Shown here: piece after piece, positions 1 through 12,700 of the stretch | Numbering within the stretch: position 1 is the first letter of the stretch | Layout: each line of letters begins with the position of its first letter | NCBI RefSeq assembly: GCF_031769215.1 | Contig: NW_026782366.1 | Coordinates: forward strand, 310,001 to 374,000 | Reading direction: 5' to 3' | Source: Ylistrum balloti | Taxonomy: Eukaryota | Length of the DNA stretch: 64,000 bases | Made by a program: the position numbers and the translations under genes | The notes under the pieces: model-generated | Seen by the model: the letters and a program-made list of their open reading frames with translations, nothing else | Databases searched by the model: none | Told to the model about the DNA's origin: nothing

Positions 1-485
1 ACCTGTTTGAATTAAATATTGTTATTAAATATTTACTGTTACACTAAAACCAACATATTCGCATTTTACAACACATCTTATGTCTCGGAAGAAAAACTGT
101 ACATGTAGTTAATATTAAGGTGACTATGCAGTGTCATCCTGTTTGTTCCAAAACTGAAAAATCAGGTAACATATATTTTGGGACAAACAGGATTTTGCAT
201 GTATAAGTCTGTAATGGATAAGAAAACAAACCAGCAATTAATCTACTAAGAGTTTTATTTAAAATACAGGTAAATTTAGCACTACATACCACTATAATAT
301 AATGTACATTTTATATAATTATACAATTATACTTACAACATAATTTAACTTGAATGGATGTGATATAGTATACATTTCATGTTCAACTATACAGTTCAGG
401 ACATAACTATAGAAATAAATGAAACTGATAAATGAACACAATTCAAAATAAAACGAAATCAGTCCATGTGCAACAGGTATGTGGC

Positions 486-1792
486 TCAGTCTCCGTAGTT
501 GATGTAGTCGATGTCGTTGTTTCGTAGGAGAGTTTTCAGTTGGACAAGACGGTCATTTAGCATTCTATAGCGACGTCTCTTCGGCACAGGCAGTCCTCCA
601 GCAGCACGTTGTAGGCGGTTAATGTAATTGGTAGCTTGAATGTCTTTCAATACTCTGAGGAATATGAAGATGTTTGGATGTGCATGTGGGATCCTTTTCT
701 TGAGTTTGCTATGCCATCCTTCCAAGTTGTTTGCGGTCCTGGGTCCATCGTTGTCAAAGTGGTTCCAAACCTGTCGGTCTCCCTCTATCCATTGGGTGGT
801 GACGTAGTCAGTGACGTCTTCAAGGTCCTCCAAGGCATTGAACCAGTAGTCCTCGACGTGATGTGGTGGTATTAGTGGAGTGGAAGAACGGCGCCTCGGC
901 GAATCAGATGGTGGATGTCTTTATTTTCTTTGAAGTAGGTCTGGAGCCCAAGTAGCTGGGTCTTTCTCCAAATACACTGCGTGAAATGAAAGAAACAACC
1001 TTTCACCGTAATCCCTGGAAAGACGGCTTTGGCTGCATTCTCGGCGGCAGATTCGAAGCCCATGAAAACTGTAGATGGGTTGAGTTGAAGTAGCAGATCC
1101 TCCATCGTAGATTTTAGCTTCTCCATGAATCTGGTGTAGATGGTTTTCCCGGTAAAAGGGGCGAATACGAGCGGGTACATTTGATCATCTATCACAGCAT
1201 GGATCGTGTACAGCTGGCTGAAGAATCCTGGGCATGTGTAGAAAGTTCCATCGCAGTAGAGTGTGTCGGTAGTTAATAGAATCTCAAGGTTTGTTGTAGT
1301 GGCAAAAGCTAGCATCCGTGTGTTGTCACTGTTGTCGAATAGGAGAAACTGGTCCCCGGTGTTGGTCTGTGTCCATTCGTCCTCTAGAATAATCTCTGCT
1401 GCGGAGGTTGGGAGCTTTGGTAGAAGTTTTGCTCTGCTGTGGTAGAGGGATGTCTTACACGATGTGTAGGTGGGTATCTGTTGTGCATCTGTACTTTGCC
1501 AATTTCTTCGTCATAGATGGTTGGTACGGGCTTCAGTTCCTCTCCGTGTCTTTTCTTAATGTTGTTCATTAACTTCTGTACTTCTTCGAAGTGGTTGGGT
1601 GGATGGTTGTGTTGGAGACCTAATTTTACTGGGATGTCATTTGTGGTGGTGATTGTTGCAGGGCAGTACCGAATGCAGCATCTCCAGTAGGTGGTGTCTC
1701 GGTAGTTGTTCTTCACTCTGTAGCGGAATCCGGTAAAGTCCTACCCCTCGCTTGTTGGTTGTGAACTGAACTTGAACTTAATAGTTTGCCAT
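486..1792 (-). pseudogene. FLYWCH + MULE DDE transposase pseudogene (frameshifts and stops)
   Basis: Three consecutive minus-strand ORFs: FLYWCH finger (GFRYRVKNNYRDTTYWRCC..CPATI...HNHPP), MULE core (LYCDGTFYTCPGFFSQLYTIHA...VKGCFFHFTQCIWRK) and C-terminal RTANNLEGWHSKLK motif. ATG at 1792 is followed by in-frame stops and frame changes. Confidence 0.9.
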
Positions 1793-2072
1793 GTTTACGA
1801 TGATACTGTCCCCTTCCAGTGTCTGAAATACATATGCTTTTCAGCTTGGGTATTTCTACTCACTCCAGATGGCTTGGAAGTTCACCTCATCCTGTTGGTG
1901 ACTACTGTTCCAGTACAGTTATGCATACCTAGTTTGGGTGTTCAATTACTATATAGGGCTTAGATGTTCACTACTTCCTCTTATTCCACTTACCTGTCTT
2001 AGGCAACCATTTGTATTTTTCACAAATTTTTAAAATGTGACATTAGATATTTTAAATATGAATTTTTAAAAT

Positions 2073-2092
2073 TATATATATATATATATATA
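2073..2092. repeat. (TA)n microsatellite
   Basis: About 10 TA units inside the AT-rich upstream region of the MULE element. Confidence 0.9.
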
Positions 2093-3284
2093 AAATACTA
2101 AACGAAATTATATAAAATATTTTAAAGATATATTTTAACAAAATCATTTGTTTGTGATATCCAATTTAACTTATTTTATTTAATTAATATTAATTATTCA
2201 TACATGCATATATATTAGTTTATGTTATAATAATATTTGTATTTGATTTTTTTCAAAATGTTTCAAATAGCTTTACGGTTTACCTGTGTAAGTTTACCGG
2301 TGTAAAATTTTGGACAAGTTCTTTACCTGTTAAAACAACACACACAGGTACTGTAACTGTTATAACAACGCACTGCCCTATTTGTGTACATAATGTTTTT
2401 GGGACAAACAGGACATAGATTTTTTCAGTTTTGGGACAAACAGGATTAAACCGACTAACCTTCAACTTTACCTTGATGGATATGCCGTTTAGCAATTAGT
2501 GGAAGACGTATCGGAAGTGTCTGAGGTCATAACATGTGTGTGGGTGTTTCTTATATCTATCTGGTGATCCGTTTATCCTAAACATGAAAACAACCGACTG
2601 AAATGACAATATTGTTCAATATTTCTTCCTCGTTACGAAATGCATTTTAAGGCTTGACACAATTACACTCCTAAGCCTTAATTTGAGATAAATCTTGTAT
2701 GCCTATATCTAGTATATCTTGGACACAGTAATCCTGAGAATGTTACACGTATATATTTACATATATTTGTAAAATTTACATCTTGTTGAAGCAGTAAACA
2801 TCATGTCACTTTAACACCACGCCATATTTTATCGACATGTTGTTTTTAAATAAGTATTTTTATGAAAATGAAAGAAACTCACGTGACAACAGGGATTAGG
2901 GAAACATAAAGTCTTGAAAAACAAAACAACTCCGTGAACGCGTTTGTGCTAACCTCTAAGCTTTCTTAGACATACAACACATGAACCCAAATCAAAAGTG
3001 AATTTTATATTGCAGAAATGAAGCAGACTCAGGTTGAAATCCCAGCGTCCCGTCGTCATTTCATGTTTCTTCTCTAATAAATCATTTTTAATGATTGACA
3101 TGATTCCAGTCCCATTGATGGAATTTGGTTCATTCGAGACACAACAGGATCTTAACACCGATCCTCTATACACATACATCTGTACATAATAATGAGCTCA
3201 AATCTAGGTCTCAGGTGTCACACACTACATACCGGACATCCTGGAAACATTCATTATGAATAAATCTACCGACATAAATATATA

Positions 3285-3420
3285 CTTACCTTGAAAGATT
3301 AGACAAAAAAGAATCAGGATCAAGCCACAAATACAGTGAAAATATCCCTGCTTCATTCCGTTTCAGTCAGTCCTTTCCGTTAACTAGGTGTTGTTGATGG
3401 AATATGTGACGTCATATATC
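3285..3420 (-). promoter_or_regulatory. Possible promoter and non-coding first exon of an unidentified leftward transcript
   Basis: CRE palindrome TGACGTCA near 3407-3414 in a CpG-richer patch, and a strong minus-strand donor AAG|GTAAGT at about 3290. No coding partner identified. Confidence 0.25.
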
Positions 3421-4423
3421 TAGAAACAATTCGTGGTTAACCCGGTCCGTTGCCCGCGGCAGTTTATACGAATTACAGACCATTAACGTCAATGATGTGA
3501 CAGCTTATCGCCTACCAAATCCTGTTTCATGAAATATCTGGTGTACAAATCACGAGTATATTAATAAATGTAGTGTTTTTTTCAGGAAAAGTTACCTCAA
3601 TAAACAGTCCTACAGACATGTTGTTCGATATGTTTCCTGCAGATGTGATATATTGTACATATATCTGTCATATCAATACATAAATTTCCCTTTATTAACT
3701 TCAAATTAAATGTTGATAAGGTTTTCACATTTAGATTAAAGGATATTGTTAATTATGTCATTTTCCCAAAATTTCATACTATCATGTTCAAAGTCGTCTA
3801 AAAAAACTCTAGGCCATGTACGAAGTTTAGAACATTGTTATTTTTCTGTTGAAAAAATTAAACAAATTAAGAAATAGGAAAAACATGTCTATGTCAAACA
3901 CCGATGCTTATTGTGTAAACAAGATATAGTGCCCGTCGTGTCTTACTTTAGCTGTCGCGCTATGACATTACACGGCAAAACATGATTATTTTTTATAAAG
4001 AAGTCTTAAACAAGTCTGCACAGAAATTTCGATAAAGGTGTTTGAATGTCAATTCACAATAACTATGGGATGTAAGTATTTTCGCTCTCCAGTAAGCAAA
4101 GCTCTCAAACAAGGCTCTCAGACAACTGAACAGCCGACCCTGCTGCGCACAACTGTCATGATAAATGTGGCTATTCTGAAATAATCACAGTAAAAAAGAT
4201 ACTTGAAAAAAAGTATTGCATCAATGGTAGATTAGACATATCTTCTTTTTTTTCAAATTACATCACAAACCAAAACAGCGATCTACATTTCCCTCGATAT
4301 AAACGCATGCTAATTCGTGATTTTGAAGGTCGATCAATGCAAAAATGCAATGTCGATTTTGTGTAAAAGAGATTTTTTATTGTTTTTATTTGGGAACGTA
4401 GCATTTCTTGGATTGACCAAGAT

Positions 4424-6170
4424 TTATGTGGCAGGTGTTGTCAATTGAAGCCAACTTTTCTCTTCCGAAATAAGCCATGTTTTCCTTGTACTTTCGGTGT
4501 GGTATTTAGTCAAAATTAAGATTTTGTTGATATGATTGTGTTTCCTTTGATTTTTATACCCCTTGTCCGTTTCTTTAATCTGACACCGTAATGGCTTATC
4601 GCTGTCTCTGGAAAGACATAGTCGTGCTTCCTTGGGTACCTGTCTTTTGTCAGTGCAAATAGGCATGGCTAAGGAATCACATTCGAAGGACTCGGTAACA
4701 CATCATATATTGAAATCAAGAAGCCTGTAGCCTGCCATCTTCCAGATGACGCTCCAGGACACATTCAACTACCTTTCACATCCTTCCAATGAATCCAGCC
4801 ACCATATTGCTTTTTAACAGCTTTCACTTGCCTAGTCTCTTCTTCCCTCACTGTAATATCTGCCTGAGCCATGTCTCACCGTGTCCGTTAGTTAACACTG
4901 CTTTGTTGTAATCATGAAACGGTTCCTTAAACAAGACGTTCTGATGCACAATCCACAGTGTTTATCTTGATCTTCACCGTCACTAACCTGATTGGAAGTT
5001 GGAATCTGGTTTCTTTCCCAAATAATTGCGATCCTACACTATGAAAGCTCCGAGGTACATTCAAATCATGCTACAGATACCCAATGAGATCTTCTTCATT
5101 GCACGAGTGGCACTTTGTAGACCAGCAATTGCCACAAAGACATTGTAAGTACTCCATGCTGGTGTATCCAAGCATTGAAATTCACTGGTTGGACACTTCA
5201 ATCCATCAACTCCATAGAGTACCCACTGCTTTCTCCTTTCCATGACGCTTTCTCTATCATTCGTCATTCAGATCCACGTGTCAAGGTTCTTCACTGGTTT
5301 TTCTGCGACTGTATGGTTATAGTACCTTCATATTCACTTATTTAAACCACTCATCCTTCACCATTTCTGCCTTCATGACGAGATAACGGGACTTCACTGG
5401 CTTGGTCTTCATCGATTGTTCCGTGTGACTATCTCTTTAAGGTCTCTAACGACCCCCACCTCATTTCAATCACTGCCTCCGTCATATCATCTATGAAATA
5501 TAATTATCTAATGTCCGTCGCCATACAAGACACTATTTTTACCTTCTCTAAAATTTAACCACCTGAATCATGACTGCTGCAGAGAACACCTAGTGATTAC
5601 CCAATCTTCCATTCTCAGCAAAGTTGTCTTACATGAATCGCATATGGAAAGAATCTTTTTACAACTTAGTGAACTTCTCCGGTACATTTGTCAGCTCATC
5701 AGGTCAAGTCAGTATGCTTCAACGTCAGTCTTGTTCAGCCTTGCCTCTTTAGCACAGTGTTCCACGCATCCAGACAATCCGAAAATACCCCGTTCTGTAT
5801 AGAAGTATCGATATACTTTTCTAGTATGGACTTTTTCAACTGAATGGACACTTTACTCCTTCAAGAAGAGGTATCAGGCATTCCTTGAGGTGTTCCAGTT
5901 GTCGCCAATCGTCCTCTTCCGCAAACCAATCGTAGTAGTTGCCACTAATTCGTCACTATATGGAGGGCTGTCCTTATAAACTTGATAAAACATGCTTGGG
6001 TTCAGGTGACGTTCCCGCCCTTGTCTCCATGATTTTCTGATTCGCTCTTGTAGATTCTTCCATATCTGAGAATTTTGTAAACTCTGCTAGTACCAGTGTC
6101 TTCTCTTTCCCGATCACTGTGTTCCTCCTGTTCATAAAAAGTCTCTTGGCGGTCTGGAATGGGATTTAGA
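4424..6170 (-). mobile_element. HERO-like (R2 group, RLE-type) non-LTR retrotransposon relic
   Basis: Frameshifted minus-strand translations give KARAGTSPEP..YQVYK, YIDTSIQ-GIFGLSGCVEH, AY*LDL, FNAWIHQHGVL..SLW, YGGWIHW, IYDVLPSPSN and RYPRKHDYV. These match the RT, thumb and CCHC-region motifs I recall for HERO elements. Confidence 0.75.
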
Positions 6171-6239
6171 CCTAATCCGCCCTATTTCCATTACTCTCCT
6201 ACCTATTCCATGGGTTTGTTTTGGCATTTCTTACCCTTA

Positions 6240-7990
6240 TCAATTAATATGTCAAAATCTTCAAGTAAATCTATTTAATATTAATCATAGTGACATTCTT
6301 CATAAAATCATTTTTACTAAAAAAGATCCAATACAGAAATATCCCTGTCATTTCATAAAATTGCTTGAAGCTTATACCGCAAGAACATTTGTATTTCAAA
6401 CAAATAACTGAATATAGACTACTCCCTCGACATGTTCTTCTCCTAATGATAACCATGGTACAACTGGGCACATACTAACTGACGACTTACGCTTTCTTCA
6501 AAACGTTAAAAATGAGAGTTTTTCATGAAGGACGAGAAATATTGTGAACCCCCGTCAATTTATTGGAATGAGAATTTCGTGATATGTACGGATTGTGGAA
6601 AACTATGTCAGAAAGTGGGTGAAACTACAGCATAAGCATTGAATTTACTTTCCGAGTGTATTAAATCATTTCTGTCCATCATTCTTAAAAGAATAAGCAG
6701 CTTGAAGCCTAATAAGAGTCTGTAACCCTTGATCCTGATGTTGATCGCCACGATTTACATGATAGGCATGTTATTGTGCCTGCAGACAAGGTATCCAATG
6801 ACTCGATTCTTACATTTCATTCCTAAAGGAACTAAACTGCTCTTTAATGACGTAAACCCTGCTTAGATATCATTGAATCTTTCTAAGGAAAAAATACTGG
6901 TTAATTTCACTTCACTTTTATAATAATTAAGATTATCCATTAATGAAAAGGACCTCGCTCATTTTTTTGGAATCCCAAACTTCACAAGAATCCAAATAAA
7001 CAGTGTTTTATTGATTGTTCATAAGAGTTGTTCCATCAAACACAATATCGCTGCTTCTTGCTTCCATTCTCAGAATTATTGAAATCTCCGATTCAGTTTT
7101 GTTAGGATACTATTTATTGAAGAAGCACAATTATAGTATGTGTATTTAAAAGAACTCCAAAGAGTTTTTGAACAACCTTGAACATCTTCTTCCAGAAGTC
7201 AATTCTGCTACAAGAACATTTGACACTGTACACTACCATACACTGTTCCAAAATAAAGAGCTCCTATCATTTTCTTGTTATGAGAGCTTTCTTTTCAAAG
7301 AAAGAGGTACAGCAGTAAAAGTATATAACTGGGAACTAGACTAAAATGTATGTTGTGAAAATGCATCCAAATCAAAGGAGTGATATACGAAAGAAAAAAA
7401 TATTGCATTTTTGGTTGACAATATCTGTCCAACCTGGTGATACATAATACCTTCCAACAAATATATAGAGGACGAAATCATAAAAATCATCTCGTTTCTG
7501 GTCGACAACATCTCTGTCAAGCATGGTGGTAAGATCTGTGACAGACTATTGGCATACCTATGGGAACTTCTTGTGCCCCTCTGTTGGCTGACTTGTTCTT
7601 GTTTTCATATGAGGCTAACTTATGGAAGAAGAGCTTATCAAAACAAATCACAAAGACTTTACACAGTCCTTTAATACACTTTCAGATATACATGTATCGA
7701 TGATGTCATTTCTTTAATTAACAAAAGATTTGTTGTCCATTACCATTGTAGATACAACAGACTCTTCCATTTTCTTCAATTTTCCAATTCTTTTTATGAA
7801 AACAGCCCTGCATTCCCATCTTATGATGTTTATATATCAGAGGTAATTTTCTGGAGGGTGTTCCCATTATCACCAATGATAGACAACTAAAAACACGAGT
7901 TTCAAGAGATGCAGGTTTATGAAGATTATGGAAAAATTTTAAGCTGTCAATGATCTCATTGGGTTATATTCTATTTCTAGAAAGAGTTTG
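6240..7990 (+). mobile_element. Penelope-like retroelement RT relic
   Basis: Degenerate plus-strand motifs GHILTDDL, HVIVPADK, WNPKLHKNP, KNSKEFL, QTIGIPMGTSCAPLLADLFLFSYEA, FRY-IDDV and PAFPSYDVYIS, with many stops and frameshifts. Confidence 0.85.
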
Positions 7991-9756
7991 ATGCTAGATG
8001 TTTGGTTGTTGTTAACTTTGTTGTCATTTGGGAATGTGACATTACTTACTTAGAATGACTAAGCTTTATATGGTAGGTGTCTTTGATGAGGCAGAGGACA
8101 TTTAACCCTCCTGGAACACGTTTACTTTACATCCTCTTGGAGTCTCTGTGTAAATTTTTCTTTTGTTCATATTTTGTGCTCGATTCAACAAGTTTGAATC
8201 AAGATTGTATTGATGTTGATATTTCCATTGTTGTTTTTCTTATCACAGAGAATGCTCTCCAGCTTGCTAAACCTGAAACCCCCATTATGGTTCCTTCCAA
8301 CTGTTTCTCATCTCTCAATGTTGTCCCTATGCTAAATAGCCACTGATATCCCAGAGAGATGATACAATAATGTACTGGTTGATGCCTCAACTGAATAACG
8401 CTACTTTCAAACTATGAGATTCAAGTCCTAGTAAGTTTTCATGTCAAGATTTTGACTTTTTTAAAGCTCCAACAAAGTCCAAATATTTTCTGCCATTCTG
8501 GAGTTGCAGTCTTCCAAAGAAAGTTGAGAGCCTGCATGGTATGGAACACCTACACTGGCTCAGCTTTTACTTACAGCATGTGCTATAGGAGATTATCTCA
8601 GGCGCTTGACAAAAGAAACAACAACGGCTGTGCCTTAGCAATATATCACTATTTATCTATGAAAGTGTGACACAACAATCATTCAATATTCAAATAAATA
8701 TCACTCACAACTCAGCACTTCAATTCTTAAATTCAGCATCAACAGTTGGTAGAAGTTGAGACAGTTCAGATTTCTTGTTATACACCAAAATTTTTGGATT
8801 TTCTTTACACATTTACTACATTTACAATTCATCATTCTTGTATAATTACAGGAAAAAGTGATAACTTACAGGACTAATATCATTAATAAATATTAATCAA
8901 GTTCTTTACTTTCCAATGCAAAAACTGAAATATTTGAGGATTCACTTTTCCTTTTGTCTTTTCAACAAAGAAATTTATCACTTATTTCATGGTGGAATCA
9001 TTCAATTATGGTTTGACTTTATACTACATGAAAACTTATAAATTATATATTTATACAATAAAATTGTTGAAATGAAAACTTTCAATAATTTACTGTTACC
9101 ATACACAGATCTGTAGCATAAACTTACTCTTAAAGCTTATAGTATATAAATCATCTGTCATACAACAAAAAACAAAACAAAAATTACTGAGTACCTATCC
9201 AGAAAACTCCTAATTCAGATGATTTTGCCTGGAATCAACGTGTCTAGACTTTCGAGGGTCCAATGTATATGGTGGTGAATCTTTCTTTTCCATGAATTAT
9301 GAATTTCAAAAAAACACTTTCATCATTTGGTTTGTGAGTAATCTAGAATTGTACAAAATATGTATGACTCTATAAATCATTGATTGAACCATCTTCAAGA
9401 ATATGATTGACCTATACGCAAACATCACAGACATTTCACAGATATTTCACATGATATTAACACTAACATCAATTAAATCAGGCTAGAACTACTGCAGACT
9501 AGAAGAGAATTAAGAGGATGTGTACCTTAAATGGCAGAAAAAATATTAGTAGAGAGTCAAAATATTAACTGAATAAGCAATGTTGAAAAAATCTCAGCAA
9601 ATAATCAAAATATTAACAGATTAATTATATTGTGCATTGGCTATATATATCACAGTCATCTTAAAAACACTTTGCTCATGATAATGAATAGGATTATCTC
9701 CCTTGATCTTGTTTATCTGCTGCCCGAATCATGCACACACAACTTCTAGGAATGGA

Positions 9757-12700
9757 TCACATGTTCATTGAAGCAAAAACTCGCGGATAGTTCTCAAAAA
9801 ATCCCTACAATAAAATAAGAAAATGCAATAATATCAATGTCATCCAAGTTTTGATATATCTATAAGTTTTGATATATCTATAAGTATTGATATATCTGTC
9901 TATAAGATATTTTGTAGGTTTCACATGGCTTGTTGAGATAATTTCTAATCGTAACAAGATCTTGAATACATGTTATGCAAATGTAGCAAATCAATTTGAC
10001 TGACACATTATTCTACAGCTGCAACCTGTCTAAAAACAATTAAACTACCTTATCAAATACTCAGCATACAGATTCAGAGTTGAGAGAATTTGTTTTTAAC
10101 TGGTGGCATTGTTGAAGTTTTAATCAATTTTCAAAGTACCAAATTACTACTAATTGCAACCAAGTTTGAATTATTTCCAAATAAAAATGAATAAAATGTA
10201 CTAAAAAGTTGTCATTTTACTATATCCAAACTGTGGTAAACTTCAGTTAGTGTTAGTCATAGGAAAGAAAATGAATCATTTTCACACTCAGAATACTATT
10301 CCATCTATGTATTATAGTATTTGATTCCTGCAAAGTTGCATGGATGTGAAGGTTTGACCTCTCCCGTCCCTAAAATCATTATAGAATCGAAATGTCATCT
10401 TAAGGTTATAAATTTGAATTAATTTTGTATTATTTCCAACTAATAAAGAATACAATATACTCAGAAGTAACATTTTCCTATACAAGCTATAGTCAACTTC
10501 ATCCCCTCCCCAGGGGTGAACATGATGCCCCAGGGTCATGCATTCAAAACTTTGATAAAGCACCTTAAGATTCCTCAATCTAGAACATGTATATGTTTCC
10601 TGTATATCAGGATCTGAAGAAGATGATTGTGGAAATAATAGCAAATTTGTCCCTTTTTGGTCACCCCTCAATGATCCTGGTGTTGGGGAGCATATCCTTC
10701 ACAATTTTGGTACATCTATTGGTATACTTGTCAGAGATGAAAGTGGCTGGCATTGGAAAAGGCAGAAATCCGCCGATCGGCGGAAATTTTTCATCTCTGT
10801 TGTAATTCAACTATAGCTTTCAAACGTTTGACTGATGTAAGAGTTATCTTCCTTCGTATTATCGATTTGACAATACCGGAAACTCAGTGCTCGTAACTGC
10901 TCAATGTTTAATTTTACAGTTTATAAGGGCATATAAATCGAAGGATTTAAAATCGGAGTTGATGAAGATTGCTTAAAAATAAAATGCATCATCAAGACAT
11001 ACCTAACCCCCCAACCCCTGAAATTTTCTCACCGGATTTGTATCGATCTCAAAAATGACCAAATTTGTCATGAAAAAGGCAGAAATCCGCCGATCAGCAG
11101 AAATTTTTCATCTCTGACTTGTACAATAACAGCAATGAGCAAAGTCCTATTTAAGTGTAAAATCAATAAGATCACTGCTAAAATAGGATGTTTACAGTGG
11201 GATATGTGTGCTAGCTTAGGAATTTTAGCTTCCCAGTGGACTTGTTCCATCAAATTAATGGTTGTGCATTATTGTAAATGAAATAAAGATTTCTTTTCAT
11301 TTTTAGTAGACATATGTATCTGTTAAAAAAAATAGAAATGTTATCAATTTTACAACAATTGTGAAACAAGTTATTTCAAATTATGCTAATCACTCGGCCC
11401 GGATGTAAGCACGCAAGGGGTGTTCAAAAGACACACACATGAATATCACTATTTAATACAATTTCAGAATCTGATATATTAGAGATATTGTAGAATTAAA
11501 CAGCATCATACAGCTGACGGACCAATTAAAACCTGGTAAGGAAGATTTTTCTTTATGTTGTTTTTCTTTCGTTATTTTCTTTTTCTGTATTGCGATGTGT
11601 ATCGTAATTTAGATCTTGTATCAAATATGTATCATTTTGTGAAAAAATATAGCCCTACTTGGGACCTTGACTCAGGTGGCCCAATAAGCAAATACTTTTA
11701 GCACAAATGTACTCAGCATTATGTTTATTCATCTTTCAGGACTATTTGTCCTGATTCCTCTAACCTGTCCCCACATGGTGAAATGGGGAGATGAAGTGTT
11801 ATGTTTGGATTCAGACTTACCTGGAATAACTGAATACCCTGGTAGATACTAGAAGTACAGCACATCTCACGGATAGAATGCATGCTAAGCTGTGGTGACC
11901 CAATATCAATGGTTGGCATCCCCAACTTGGCTGACATGATTGGGCCAATGGTGGAACCACATGGGGAGTCATTCCTCACCACAAAGTCCTAACATATAAC
12001 AGAAAAATGTCATCAACACTCGGAGAAATGTTGCTTTAATCTTTTACATTACATCCCTTAGTATCAAGAATGTGCAAACACATTAACAGCTACACATACA
12101 AAATAACTTAATTATGGTAAGATACTAAGTGGATTACTCTAATTTCACTTGACAACAAAAAGGATTTCACCCTCACAGCATAATTACTAAGCAATAAATA
12201 TCACTCAATGTTCAGATCATGGTGTCCTCTTTATACATTCAAGGTAATTTTTTACTAGATTTGGGTAGCATAAGTATTCATACAAATAACCAGCACATAA
12301 TTAACTTTTTTTAAAAAAGATTTTGTCTAAAAAAGTCAATTTGATTTTATCATTGTAGTCTTTCGATATTACTGACGGTCAATCATAGCTATGTACTAGT
12401 TTAGTATGTCTCTCCACCAAGAGTCTAAGATTCCTCTGACAACCCATAATCAGCTGATAACACACAGATAATGTAAAGTTGTGGATTTGAGCTAGGTACA
12501 GGTTTTATAACTTTAGATGTTCCTTTGAAAGATTTCAACAGAAAACCACAAATCATATCCACATAGTTCCAAGTTCCAAACATGACATAAAACTTGTACC
12601 AAAACAGAGTAAAATGTGATTTCTGTGTCTGTGACATTTATCACAGGCTTATTAATGGTCTCTTACCTGTAATGGCACCCCAGCAGTCTTAGCCACCTCT

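Larger units (their letters stand above)
136..2446 (-). mobile_element. Mutator/MULE (Phantom-like, FLYWCH) DNA transposon, decayed, with terminal inverted repeats
   Basis: ATCCTGTTTGTTCCAAAACTGAAAAATC at 136-163 is the near-perfect reverse complement of GATTTTTTCAGTTTTGGGACAAACAGGAT ending at 2446. These enclose a transposase relic. No TSD found. Confidence 0.75.

Noticed and set aside
2949-3179. 76-aa minus-strand ORF with an acceptor-like CAG before the ATG
   Set aside because: No recognisable domain and no phase-consistent neighbouring exon in the window.
8050-9350. Coding-looking stretches on the minus strand (e.g. MQALNFLWKTATPEW, RNHNGGFRFSKLE)
   Set aside because: Multiple stops in all frames and no family I can recognise; may be the DNPEP 3' region or an unidentifiable relic. 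Needs tBLASTx.
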